Below are positions 50,482 to 59,953 of a stretch of DNA of 64,000 nucleotides, piece by piece. Position numbers and translations under genes: made by a program. The stretch is from positions 1,536,001-1,600,000 of the forward strand of contig CAWEEQ010000004.1 of NCBI GenBank assembly GCA_963808235.1, written 5' to 3'. Every line of letters begins with the position of its first letter. The first letter of the stretch is position 1. Source of the stretch: an uncultured delta proteobacterium. Lineage in GTDB: Bacteria > Desulfobacterota > Binatia > Binatales > Binataceae. The notes beneath the pieces were generated by a model. It did not search any database, was not told the DNA's origin, and saw only the letters and a list, made by a program, of their open reading frames with translations.

Positions 50482-51804
50482 CTACAGGCTTGGATGAATC
50501 TCGTCGAGCGCCGCGCGTGCGATCCGGATGATGTATTCGATCTCGGCGTCACCGATGATAAACGGCGGCGTGATCATCATCGCATCGCCGCCCGCCTTCC
50601 CCGCCATCCCGCTCGCCGGATAAAAGAACAGCCCTTTCCGGACCGCCGCGCCGAGCACGCGATTGGTCACCTTTTTTTCCGGCGCAAATGGGATCCTCGT
50701 CGCCTTGTCATGCACCAGCTCGATTCCCCAGAACATCCCGATGCCGCGGATGTCGCCGACCATCGGATGCCCCGACAGTTCTTCCTTCAGCGTCGCGCCG
50801 AGCCGCGCCCCGACTTCTGCCGACCGCTCCACGAGCCGTTCGCGCTCCATGATCGCGAGCACCTCGTCGGCGACCGCGCATGCAACCGGATGCGAGCTGT
50901 AGGTGTAGAACATGAAGTCGGCCTTGGCGCGCTCGACTTCTTCGACGATCGATTCTTTGACCGCGATCATGCCCATCGGCATGTAGCCGCCGGTCAGACC
51001 CTTGCCGCCGATCAGGATGTCAGGCACCACGTTCCAGTGATCGACCGCGAAGCGCCGGCCGGTGCGGCCGAACCCGGTCATCACTTCATCGGCTATCAGC
51101 AACACGTCGTAGCGATCGCAGATCTCGCGAATCTTCGGCCAATACTCCTTGACCGGCGGGACCACTCCGCCGCTCGATCCCATCATCGGCTCGGCGATAA
51201 ACGCAGCGATCGAATCGGCGCCGTTGGCTAGGATTTCTTTCTCGAGTGCGGCGGCGCAGTCGATATCGCAAGACGGGTACGTCTTTCCCCATGGACATCG
51301 ATAGCAGTAAGTCGGATCGATCTTCGGCCAGTCGAGCAAGATGTGTTCGTAGTCGGCGCGCCGTCCACTGCCGCCCACCGAGAGCGCAGCGATGCTGTTG
51401 CCGTGATACGAAAATCGCCGCCCGATTATTTTCTTCTTCGATACCTTGCCGCGGACTTTGTGATAAAGAATCGCAAACTTCAGCGCCGCTTCGACCGCTT
51501 CCGATCCCCCACTGGTGAAATAGAAACGCGTCAACCTCGGCGGAGTCCATCGCGTCAGCCGCTCGACCAGCCGCTCGCGCTGCGGCGAGCTCCACACCGG
51601 CACGATATAATCGAGACTCTCGATCGTACGCGCCGCCACCTCGGCGATTTCCTTGCGCCCCTGCCCGATATTGACGACCACCGCGCCCCCGCCCGCGTCG
51701 AGAATCTTGTTGCCGTCGCTGGCGTAGAGCCATGGCCCTTCGGCGCGCTCGATGCGAATCGGATCGTGCGGCCCGCGCATGAACATCGATGGCTGCTGTG
51801 ACAT
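50482..51804 (-). CDS. Class III PLP aminotransferase
   Basis: SGGSEAVE, SYHG, AEP, DEVMTGFGRTG, GKGLTGGY. Confidence 0.92.
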   Translation of the reverse strand: MSQQPSMFMRGPHDPIRIERAEGPWLYASDGNKILDAGGGAVVVNIGQGRKEIAEVAARTIESLDYIVPVWSSPQRERLVERLTRWTPPRLTRFYFTSGGSEAVEAALKFAILYHKVRGKVSKKKIIGRRFSYHGNSIAALSVGGSGRRADYEHILLDWPKIDPTYCYRCPWGKTYPSCDIDCAAALEKEILANGADSIAAFIAEPMMGSSGGVVPPVKEYWPKIREICDRYDVLLIADEVMTGFGRTGRRFAVDHWNVVPDILIGGKGLTGGYMPMGMIAVKESIVEEVERAKADFMFYTYSSHPVACAVADEVLAIMERERLVERSAEVGARLGATLKEELSGHPMVGDIRGIGMFWGIELVHDKATRIPFAPEKKVTNRVLGAAVRKGLFFYPASGMAGKAGGDAMMITPPFIIGDAEIEYIIRIARAALDEIHPSL

Positions 51805-51941
51805 GCCTCGAATCTTAACTGTCTTGACGCATAGCGAGCAACGAAGTTTGCGGGTTTACCAGTCTCCTAATCCGCGGCGAAAACGTTATATGTAGATGGG
51901 GACGGTCTCGAATTACGCAAAACCCGAGAGGAGATTATCGC

Positions 51942-52226
51942 ATGAAGACACCGAGGGTAGCAGGAGCGATGCTCGCGACGGCGGTCGCGTTGGCCTTCGC
52001 CGCGAGTGCGGCACATGCCGCGGATACGTCGAGTCCTGCGACGCAGGCGCAAATCAAGTGCCTGGGCGCAAACGCGTGCAAAGGTCAGAGCGCGTGCAAG
52101 ACGGTTAGCAACGATTGCCAGGGCAAGAATTCGTGTAAGGGCAAAGGTTACATCATCACGACCGACGCCAAATCTTGCGACGCCAAGGGCGGTCACGTCG
52201 GCAAGAAAGCCCCGATGAACATGTAG
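51942..52226 (+). CDS. Secreted Cys-rich peptide, bufferin family 2 (BufA2)-like precursor
   Basis: Signal peptide (AHA); KCLGANACKGQSACK...CQGKNSCKGKG...CDAKGG; RBS GAGGAG. Confidence 0.75.
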   Translation: MKTPRVAGAMLATAVALAFAASAAHAADTSSPATQAQIKCLGANACKGQSACKTVSNDCQGKNSCKGKGYIITTDAKSCDAKGGHVGKKAPMNM

Positions 52227-52366
52227 CACCGGCAGCGATCCTATAGTCCGGCGCGTCGATTCGGACGCGTCGGACCGAATATATCCGAGGAGTCTCGATC
52301 ATGTGTTCACTTTCGGGGATTCACGCCTGGCGGCGACATCGTCGCCGCGCCTCCTGACTCAGGTGC

Positions 52367-52382
52367 AGGGGCTAGCCCCTGC
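52367..52382. terminator. GC hairpin between convergent genes
   Basis: CAGGGG-CTAG-CCCCTG. Confidence 0.4.
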
Positions 52383-53588
52383 CTATTTGATCGCGCCCTC
52401 TTCGCGCCATCGATTGATCTCGTCCTGGCTGTAGCCCAGTCCACCGAGGATTTCGTCGGTATGCTCGCCGAGTTGCGGCGCTAGCGATCTGATCGATCCC
52501 GGCGTATCCGACAGCTTCACCGACACGCCGATCTGCTTGACCTTCTGTCCGTTCGGCCCGTCAACCTCGACGATCATCTTGCGCGCCAGCACCTGCGGAT
52601 CGTTCGGCACTTCGTCAAGCGTAAGCATCCGGCCCGCGCAGATATCGCTCTTGCTCAGTATCTCGAACCATTCGTCGCGGGTCTTGGTCTTGAAACTGTC
52701 GGTAAAGAACTTTCCAATCTCGTCGCGCTTTTCCGGATTGAATTCGTGCGGGATCAGGTCCTCGCGGCCTAAAGTCCGGCACAGGTTGGCGAAGAACCAC
52801 GGCTCCAGCGATCCGATCGTCAGATATTTGCCATCCTTGGTCAGGTACACGTTGTAGTTCGGGATGCCCCCGTCGAGCATCGTCTCGCCGCGCTTGGGCA
52901 CCTGCCCGCCGGCGAAGAACGTCGAGAACGCCTGCGCGAGCAGCGCGACGCTCCCGTCCATCATAGAGATGTCCACGTATTGCCCACGGCCCGTCTGCTG
53001 CCGCGCGACAATCGCCGCGAGCACTCCGATCGCGCCATGCATCCCACCGCCCGCATAGTCCGCGACGATATTGTGCGGAATCGTCGGCGGCTGCCCCGGC
53101 CGTCCGAAAAGCGAGAGCACGCCCGCGGTCCCTATATAGTTGAGATCGTGACCGACCAGGTCGCGATACGGGCCGGTCTGCCCGAAGCCTGTGATCGCGC
53201 AATAGATGAGCCGCGTGTTGCGCATCGCGAGCTTTTCGTAATCGATCCCCAGCCGTTTGGCGACCCCGGGTCGGTATTCCTCGACGATCACGTCAGTGCG
53301 CTGCGCGAGGCGATTGTAAATTTCCTTGCCGGCGCCGCTCTTCAGATTGATCCCGATAGACTTCTTGTTGCGGTTGAGCGCGTTGAACGGCGAGCCGCTG
53401 AAACCCGCGCCCGGACCCTGCGTGCCGGCCGGCCCGGCCTGCGCCGCGCGCCTCCCGGTCGGCGGTCCCGGCTCTTCGATCTTGATCACCTCGGCCCCAA
53501 GGTCCGCCAGGATCATCGTGCAGAAGGGTCCCGGCGCAAGCTTGGTCAGGTCAAGCACTTTTATCCCGCTGAGCGGCGGATTCGCCAT
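52383..53588 (-). CDS. CaiB/BaiF CoA-transferase (alpha-methylacyl-CoA racemase-like)
   Basis: PLSGIKVLD, PGPFC, NRNKKS, GHDLNY, DYAGG. Confidence 0.9.
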   Translation of the reverse strand: MANPPLSGIKVLDLTKLAPGPFCTMILADLGAEVIKIEEPGPPTGRRAAQAGPAGTQGPGAGFSGSPFNALNRNKKSIGINLKSGAGKEIYNRLAQRTDVIVEEYRPGVAKRLGIDYEKLAMRNTRLIYCAITGFGQTGPYRDLVGHDLNYIGTAGVLSLFGRPGQPPTIPHNIVADYAGGGMHGAIGVLAAIVARQQTGRGQYVDISMMDGSVALLAQAFSTFFAGGQVPKRGETMLDGGIPNYNVYLTKDGKYLTIGSLEPWFFANLCRTLGREDLIPHEFNPEKRDEIGKFFTDSFKTKTRDEWFEILSKSDICAGRMLTLDEVPNDPQVLARKMIVEVDGPNGQKVKQIGVSVKLSDTPGSIRSLAPQLGEHTDEILGGLGYSQDEINRWREEGAIK

Positions 53589-53684
53589 CTTAATTCTCCT
53601 TGCTGATCAAGCGGTGCTGCCGCTTTGATGATGAGCCGGGCTCCCGTGCCTATCAGTTAAAAGTAAAACAGGCGCGCCACGGAG

Positions 53685-54071
53685 TTATTGATTCGGATTC
53701 ACCTGCCCCGGGTAAGAGTTCAATGGCAGTTGATCTGCTTCTCCCGCATTCGGATCGGGTACGGCTTGCTGATTTCCGGCGCTCTGCTGCTCCATCTGAT
53801 CGCTGTCAGCGCCCTGATCGTTGCCGCCATTTTGATTGTCGCTGGCGGAGTCATTCGAGTCGCTGTCGCTATCGCTGTCGGCACTGTCGTCCGACGGAGC
53901 GGCTTGCGCAACGACGCTAGCGGGCGCCCGATCGAGCGGCACCGAAGTATGCGCTGGCATTATCGTAACCGGCGGCGAGCACTCGGATGCTCCCGCGAGC
54001 GGCGTGCTCACCGTCAACGCCATCATCAGTAGCGATGCGGCGGTCAAACTGAGACTCACTCTTACGAACAT
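53685..54071 (-). CDS. Secreted acidic low-complexity protein
   Basis: Signal peptide followed by an SD/NQ-rich disordered region. Confidence 0.55.
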   Translation of the reverse strand: MFVRVSLSLTAASLLMMALTVSTPLAGASECSPPVTIMPAHTSVPLDRAPASVVAQAAPSDDSADSDSDSDSNDSASDNQNGGNDQGADSDQMEQQSAGNQQAVPDPNAGEADQLPLNSYPGQVNPNQ

Positions 54072-54099
54072 GCTGATCTCCCCTGGTCCAGATCGATGA

Positions 54100-54957
54100 C
54101 TATATGACTGCTGCGCGCACCCGCGCCATTCTCTCCGCGAGCGACTTGAGCCCGTTAACCATGTGAACGCCGTACCAATGCAGATCGCGCCCGCTGACTA
54201 TCAAGACCCTGCGACCCAGTGCCGGCGGCAACATACCCTTCAGCTCGACAACGTCGGATTCGTCAAACGCATACGGCTCGTCGGGCAGTATCACGATATC
54301 AGGCCGGCGCTCGACTGCCTCCTCGAGCGTCACCGTCGGATAGCGCTCGCCCGCAGAAGCATAAACGTTGTTGTAGCCGAGCATCCTGAGCACGTCATGC
54401 GCGTAAGTGTCGGCGTTGAACGACATCCACGGCTTCTTCCATATCGGGCAGAAGACCCGCAGTCGCAGTTTGCTCCATACTCCGAGCGCCGCCTCGATTC
54501 CGCTCACCGCGAGCGTGATCTCCTTGGCCAGCGCCGCCGCTCCGGCCTCGCGCCCGAGCGCCCGACCCATCCGCAATATCGATTCCACCGCTCCCGGCAC
54601 GGTGCGCGGATAGGTGGTGAACACCGGGATCCCGCCCGCGCGCAGCCGCTCGATATCCTCGCGCCGATTCTCCTCGGCGTTGGCGATTACCAGCTCGGGT
54701 TCGAGCTTCATGATCGCGCGCACGTCGGGATTCTTGGTGCCGCCCACTTTTGTAATCGACGCGACTGCCGCCACCGGCTCGACACAAAATTTTGTTATGC
54801 CGACGATTTCGGAATCGAAGCCGAGCGCGAACAGCGTCTCGGTCCAGCTCGGCACCAGGGATACGATTCGAGCCGGCGGGCGCGCGAGCTCGACTCGAAA
54901 TCCCATGTCATCCGCTATCTGCATCGCCGCGCCCATCGCTTTCACCAACACCGGCAC
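54100..54957 (-). CDS. Helical-backbone metal receptor (BtuF-like)
   Basis: RIVSLVPSWTE, GITKFC, GGTKNP, EEN, EPY, WYG; start may be 54936 or 54924. Confidence 0.85.
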   Translation of the reverse strand: MPVLVKAMGAAMQIADDMGFRVELARPPARIVSLVPSWTETLFALGFDSEIVGITKFCVEPVAAVASITKVGGTKNPDVRAIMKLEPELVIANAEENRREDIERLRAGGIPVFTTYPRTVPGAVESILRMGRALGREAGAAALAKEITLAVSGIEAALGVWSKLRLRVFCPIWKKPWMSFNADTYAHDVLRMLGYNNVYASAGERYPTVTLEEAVERRPDIVILPDEPYAFDESDVVELKGMLPPALGRRVLIVSGRDLHWYGVHMVNGLKSLAERMARVRAAVI

Positions 54958-54970
54958 ATATTCCGAGGAG

Positions 54971-55327
54971 TCACTTGCCCTTGCGCTTGACGATCGCGTC
55001 CAGTTCCCGCCGATCGCTGGTGCTCAGATGCTCCGAATCGGAGCGCTCGTCCTGACTCGCATCCCCGTTGCGCTCTGCGCTGTCGTCAGTCGTCGCCGGA
55101 CGCTCACCGTCGTTCACCGACTGCGGCTGATCGGCCGGGCGATAGGCCAAATAGTGCACCGCGGACGGAATCATCACGCGGCGCGTGAGAAATCCCAGGA
55201 TCAGCACCGCAAGAAAGGCCAGCCCAATGAATCCAAGCCGCCGCGAGCGCGCGCGCCTGGTCTTCTTCACTGTCCGCTTCGCGCCGCCGCGCTTTCGCGA
55301 AGCCGCCACTCGTACTCGATCCGCCAC
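54971..55327 (-). CDS. Hypothetical single-TM protein
   Basis: Basic N-terminus, one TM, acidic tail; start uncertain. Confidence 0.55.
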   Translation of the reverse strand: MADRVRVAASRKRGGAKRTVKKTRRARSRRLGFIGLAFLAVLILGFLTRRVMIPSAVHYLAYRPADQPQSVNDGERPATTDDSAERNGDASQDERSDSEHLSTSDRRELDAIVKRKGK

Positions 55328-55359
55328 CTTATCCGTACCTCTTGGAATCTTCGAGGATG

Positions 55360-56613
55360 CTACCGCACAGGAGCACCTAATAGAACCGCGCGCATCCATC
55401 GCGCGACCAGGCGGCGCGTCGGCAGTTCGTCGAGATGACCCGCGCCGTTGTACCAGTCGACGCCAATCTCATGCGCACGCCGGCTCACTCGCGCAAGTCT
55501 GAACCAGAGCCGATAATGCGCGCCGTAAAAATGACGCGCGGCGAATGCGAGCTTGTTGAGCTTTCGCCCGACCGCGCTTTCGTGCAGCGAATGATCGTAG
55601 GCGCCAAGCGCGTCGCCACCACCGTCGAGATACGCGCCGATGGCTCCTGCGGCCAGTTTGCCGTGCTCGAACGCGCACGAGATGCCCTCGCCCATCAGCG
55701 GATCCACCCCTGCCGCGTCGCCGGCGACGATCACCCGGCCGCGCGCGTATCGGTCCGCCGCGTCGAACCATCGAATCGGAAACGAGTTCCACTTCATGGT
55801 TCGCCGAGTCATCGCATCCAGTGGCAGTTCCGGGAACGCCGCGGCGAGCTCGGCGAGCATCCGCGACTGTTCACTTTTCTCAGTTGAATCGCGAAGCCGC
55901 TCATTGAATTCGCGCGGAAGCTGATCGTAGATGCCTACATTGAGATACGGCCGGCCACCGATCATGCATGGGAACGACCAGCTGTAACCGCTGATTCCGC
56001 CGCTTACGCAGCGGAAATCGAATCGATAGCGTCGCTCGCGAAACTCGACCGCCGATTCCGGACTCACCGCGATATCCGTCATCAGCGCGCGGCCAGTCGT
56101 CTCTTTGCGCTCGCCAAACACGGCGCGGCGCACGCGGCTTCCCGATCCATCCGCGCCGACCAGCACCATGCTCTCGAAGCAGCCGCGATCGGTGATGACC
56201 CGAACCCGGTCCGCCTCCTGCGCGACCTCGACCACTCGCTCATTCTCGACAATCTCCAGTCCCGCGCGCACCGCCGCCCGCGCGAGCATCGCGTCGAATC
56301 TGTCGCGCCGGATGATCGTGCATAGCACCTCGCCTCCGCGCGAAAGATCGACGTCGCCGGCCGGCGTACGCGCCGCGCCGCGGACCACTTCGACCGCCGG
56401 CGCATCGAGCGCAATTCCAAGCTCGTCGAGGGCAAGCATGGTCTTGGGAATCAAGCCGCCGGCGCAAACCTTGAATCGCGGATGCGCCGATTTCTCGACC
56501 GCGACGATCCGCCCCGCGAGTTCTGGCCGGCGCTTCAGCAGATAGAGCGCGGTCGCCAGTCCCGCGGGACCGGCGCCTGCGATCAGCACCTCACATTTTC
56601 GCGTGATCCCCAT
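55360..56613 (-). CDS. FAD-dependent oxidoreductase (geranylgeranyl reductase family)
   Basis: GAGPAG, PRFKVCAGG, RDRFD, GADG, YSWSFP, GDAAG..PLMGEGI. Confidence 0.88.
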   Translation of the reverse strand: MGITRKCEVLIAGAGPAGLATALYLLKRRPELAGRIVAVEKSAHPRFKVCAGGLIPKTMLALDELGIALDAPAVEVVRGAARTPAGDVDLSRGGEVLCTIIRRDRFDAMLARAAVRAGLEIVENERVVEVAQEADRVRVITDRGCFESMVLVGADGSGSRVRRAVFGERKETTGRALMTDIAVSPESAVEFRERRYRFDFRCVSGGISGYSWSFPCMIGGRPYLNVGIYDQLPREFNERLRDSTEKSEQSRMLAELAAAFPELPLDAMTRRTMKWNSFPIRWFDAADRYARGRVIVAGDAAGVDPLMGEGISCAFEHGKLAAGAIGAYLDGGGDALGAYDHSLHESAVGRKLNKLAFAARHFYGAHYRLWFRLARVSRRAHEIGVDWYNGAGHLDELPTRRLVARWMRAVLLGAPVR

Positions 56614-56690
56614 AAAGATGCGCGGCGCATCGAGCATGCCCGAAAAGCATCCCCAATGCACCGCGCATTGCTAAGCTGCGCGCCTGGCGA

Positions 56691-58376
56691 TCAGCCCTGT
56701 GCTTCTCCGGCGGGCTTGATCACTGTGTATATCGTCGCGCCCTGCCGCTGCACCAGCAGCAGCGCCGACTTTTTGTTCTTTTGCGCGTCCTTGGCCTTGG
56801 CTACGAATTCCGCCACCGACCCGATTTTGTCGTGATTAACTTCCAGCACCACGTCGCCCGGCTGCAATGCGGCTTCAGCCGCCGGACTGTCCGGCGACAC
56901 TCGCCGGACCACGACGCCCTTGGTGGTCTCCAGATGGAACTGCTGGGCGATTTCCGGCGTGATATCGCCGACCTGCATCCCCCAGTTTCCGCCCGGCTCC
57001 TCGCTCTTGGCGGACGCTACCTGCGGCTCCTTGCGCTCGCCGATCGTGACGTCGAGGTTCATGTGCTTGCCGTTGCGGATCACCTCGACCGGCACCTTCT
57101 GATTGATCGGCGTCTGCGCCACCAGCGCCGGCAGCTCATGCTCGTCGTTCACCGGATGCCCGTTGAAACTCAGCACGATATCGCCGCGCTCGATTCCGCC
57201 CTTGCTCGCCGGCCCTTCTTTGTCCGCGCTCGCGACCAGCGCGCCCTCCGGCTTCGGCAATCCGAACGACTGCGCGAGGTCCGGCGTCACTTCCTGGATT
57301 TCCACTCCGAGCCATCCGCGGACCACCCGCCCATGCGCCTTCAGTTGGTCCATCACGTTGCGAGCCATGTCGATCGGAATTGCGAATCCGATACCGTTGT
57401 TGGCGCCGGTGCGGCTGTAAATAGCAGTGTTGATGCCGATGACTTCGCCTCTCGTATTAATCAGCGGTCCGCCTGAGTTGCCGGGGTTAATCGACGCGTC
57501 GGTCTGGATAAAATCGTCGTAATCGCCGCCGAGCGCGCGTCCCTCGGCGCTCACAATTCCCGCGGTGACCGTCATTCCGACGTTGAACGGATTACCGATT
57601 GCGATCACCCAGTCGCCAACCTGGGTCGAATTTGAATCGCCGAGCGTCGCGACCGGCAGCGCGTCCTTGGTGTCGATTTTGATCAACCCGAGATCGGTCT
57701 TCGCGTCCTTGCCGATTACCTTCGCGGTAAATTCCCGCTTGTCCATCAGCGTGACGTGGATTTCGTCGGCATTACCGACCACGTGATTATTGGTCAGGAT
57801 ATATCCATCAGCCGAGACGATTACGCCCGAGCCGAGTCCATGCTGTTTGTAGTCGCGCGGCGCACCCTGTCCGAAGTAGCGGCGCAACTGATCGAATGGA
57901 TCGCCCGGCGCTGACGGCGGGCCTCCGCCGCCGTTGCCGTTGTCGTCACCCCCGCTGCCCCCGCCATTGCCGCCGCCCTCGTCGTCGCCCTCGCCCGGGC
58001 CGCCCGGAACCATACCGAAAGGCGAACCCGAAACTTTGATGTCCTGGACGACATTCACGCTCACGACCGCCGGAATCATGCGCTTGACCAGCGGCGCAAA
58101 CGAAGTAACCACGCCGACCTTCTCGTTCGGCTCCGGCGTATTGGGCTGCGCCGGCTCCGGCGGAGGCGCCACGTGCACGCCGGGCACCGGAGGCGCCGGA
58201 AGCGGAGCTGCCGGAGCGACGGGTGCCGCCGGAGCAGCTTGCGCTTGCTGAGTCGCCGCCGGCGCTTTCGGGGCGTCGGAACCGGAACCCCAGAAGGGAA
58301 ACGCGCCGGCGCGCGCAAAGGCGATTACAAGGCCGATAAAAACGCCGCCGGCCACGGCGGCGATCTTCTTAAGCAT
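56691..58376 (-). CDS. HtrA/DegQ family serine endoprotease with two PDZ domains
   Basis: [20 protein letters not shown]; two PDZ domains; Pro- and Gly-rich linkers. Confidence 0.93.
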   Translation of the reverse strand: MLKKIAAVAGGVFIGLVIAFARAGAFPFWGSGSDAPKAPAATQQAQAAPAAPVAPAAPLPAPPVPGVHVAPPPEPAQPNTPEPNEKVGVVTSFAPLVKRMIPAVVSVNVVQDIKVSGSPFGMVPGGPGEGDDEGGGNGGGSGGDDNGNGGGGPPSAPGDPFDQLRRYFGQGAPRDYKQHGLGSGVIVSADGYILTNNHVVGNADEIHVTLMDKREFTAKVIGKDAKTDLGLIKIDTKDALPVATLGDSNSTQVGDWVIAIGNPFNVGMTVTAGIVSAEGRALGGDYDDFIQTDASINPGNSGGPLINTRGEVIGINTAIYSRTGANNGIGFAIPIDMARNVMDQLKAHGRVVRGWLGVEIQEVTPDLAQSFGLPKPEGALVASADKEGPASKGGIERGDIVLSFNGHPVNDEHELPALVAQTPINQKVPVEVIRNGKHMNLDVTIGERKEPQVASAKSEEPGGNWGMQVGDITPEIAQQFHLETTKGVVVRRVSPDSPAAEAALQPGDVVLEVNHDKIGSVAEFVAKAKDAQKNKKSALLLVQRQGATIYTVIKPAGEAQG

Positions 58377-58623
58377 GCATTCCTCCTGGAATGTATCGGA
58401 ACTGTTGCGTCATCAGGCAGGCTAGATGCGAGGCCATTCAACTATCGGACGATAAATTTCGCCCGAAATTCAGCCGCCCGCCTAAGCATATCGCCCTCGA
58501 TAACGACCAATAGCCCGCACAATAGACTATCAAATCAAATCGGCGCGCATAAGCAAACGTGTAATTTCGGAGCGGATTCGCCCCGCTTGGAGCGTTACTG
58601 TCCGGCGCGACTCGCTCGTTTGT

Positions 58624-58712
58624 CTCTCTCCCGCGGCTGGCGACTCCGTCACCAGCCGCAAGCCGGGAGAGGTCGCGCGACGACATTTACGTCGCCGCGC
58701 GGGTGAGGGCGC
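58624..58712. repeat. REP-like palindromic element (CTCTCCC...GGGAGAGG...GGGTGAGGG family)
   Basis: Same motif skeleton as in the 189 bp unit and at about 2631-2680 and 6030-6074. Confidence 0.7.
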
Positions 58713-58739
58713 TGGCATCTGCCTCGGCGCTCTTCGTTC

Positions 58740-59204
58740 CTACTTCTGCGCCTTCATTGCCTTGATATCGTCGAGCAGCACCTTCTCGTGCCCGTTCGGA
58801 TTCACTTTCTCGTAGACCTTGCGCAGATTCCCCTTCGGATCGATCACGAAACTGGTGCGGTTCCAGTACTTCGTCCCGTTATAGTCGGTCTGCCCGATAC
58901 CCGCGCTCTTGAGTAGCTCGGCCAGGGGATCGGCGAGCAGATCGATCGTAAAGGCAAACTTGTTGCAGAAGTTCTTGTGCGAGGCGACGTCGTCCGCGCT
59001 CACCCCGACCACCTTGATTCCGGCCGCGTCGAAGTCCGCCTTGCTCGCGGTGAACGACTTACCCTGGATCGTGCATCCCGGAGTGTCGTCCTTGGGATAC
59101 ACGTACACCACCAGCCACTTGCCGGCAAAATCGGCAAGCTTCATCTGCTTGCCGTCCTGGTTGGGGAGACTGAAATTCGGAAACGGTTTACCTGTTTCAA
59201 GCAT
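58740..59204 (-). CDS. bcp: Peroxiredoxin, BCP/PrxQ type (single N-terminal peroxidatic Cys)
   Basis: YPKDDTPGCT, GVSAD, RTSFVID. Confidence 0.9.
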   Translation of the reverse strand: MLETGKPFPNFSLPNQDGKQMKLADFAGKWLVVYVYPKDDTPGCTIQGKSFTASKADFDAAGIKVVGVSADDVASHKNFCNKFAFTIDLLADPLAELLKSAGIGQTDYNGTKYWNRTSFVIDPKGNLRKVYEKVNPNGHEKVLLDDIKAMKAQK

Positions 59205-59339
59205 GATTTTTTCCTTCCGCCGCGCACGACGGTTGATTTTGTTTCCTTCTCTGCCTGGGCCAACTCCGCACCGGAGCGGGATGCGTTCGTGCCAACTCTA
59301 TCAAGTCTTAAGCGAAGCCGCGTGGCAACCACAACGTGG

Positions 59340-59952
59340 GCGGCCTGCACGTTCACTTAAAAAGCGGCCTGCACGTTCACTTAAAAAATTACTTCGTCTT
59401 GTACCCCGCCGCCGCGCCGATCTTCTTCATCTCCGCCGCCGACAGCTCTCGCTTGAGCGTCGCAATAAACCACGTATGCCCGAACGGATCCTTCAACTTG
59501 CCCGATCGCATCCCGTACTCCTCATCTTTCACCGGCCTGATTTCTTTCGCGCCCGCCGCGAGCGCCCGGCTGAAGGTCGCGTCCGCGTCTTCGACCATCA
59601 GATGAAGTCCCACCGCTGAGCCGCCGAGCGTCTCAGGACTCAGCACTTCGATCTCCGGATGCTCATCGCTGAGAAAAACCGGCGTTCCGCTGATCTCGAT
59701 CTCCGCGTGCCCGATTCTTCCGTCCGGCCCGGTCCAGCGCATCGTCTCGACCGCGCCAAACGCACGTTTGTAAAAGTCGATTCCTTTCGCCGCACCCTTG
59801 ACGGTCAGGTAGGGCGTAATCGCGCGCGGCCCATTCGGAATTGCATTCACTTTGTTCGCCATGATCTCTCTCCTGGAACATGAAAGTGATCGGTAAGTTG
59901 CCAAAGCCGTGCGCCAACAACAACGTCGGCGGCCTGCACGTTCACTTAAAAA
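59340..59952. repeat. Three copies of a 24 bp repeat GCGGCCTGCACGTTCACTTAAAAA
   Basis: Copies at 59340-59363, 59364-59387 and 59929-59952, abutting the stop codons of two minus-strand genes. Confidence 0.9.
59389..59862 (-). CDS. VOC family protein (PhnB-like)
   Basis: ITPYLTV, DFYKRAFGA, HAE, DPFGHTW. Confidence 0.9.
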   Translation of the reverse strand: MANKVNAIPNGPRAITPYLTVKGAAKGIDFYKRAFGAVETMRWTGPDGRIGHAEIEISGTPVFLSDEHPEIEVLSPETLGGSAVGLHLMVEDADATFSRALAAGAKEIRPVKDEEYGMRSGKLKDPFGHTWFIATLKRELSAAEMKKIGAAAGYKTK

Positions 59953-59953
59953 A

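Noticed and set aside
57905-58010. Gly/Asp-rich insert in the HtrA protease
   Set aside because: Low-complexity LA-loop inserts are common in HtrA proteins; no intein or repeat structure
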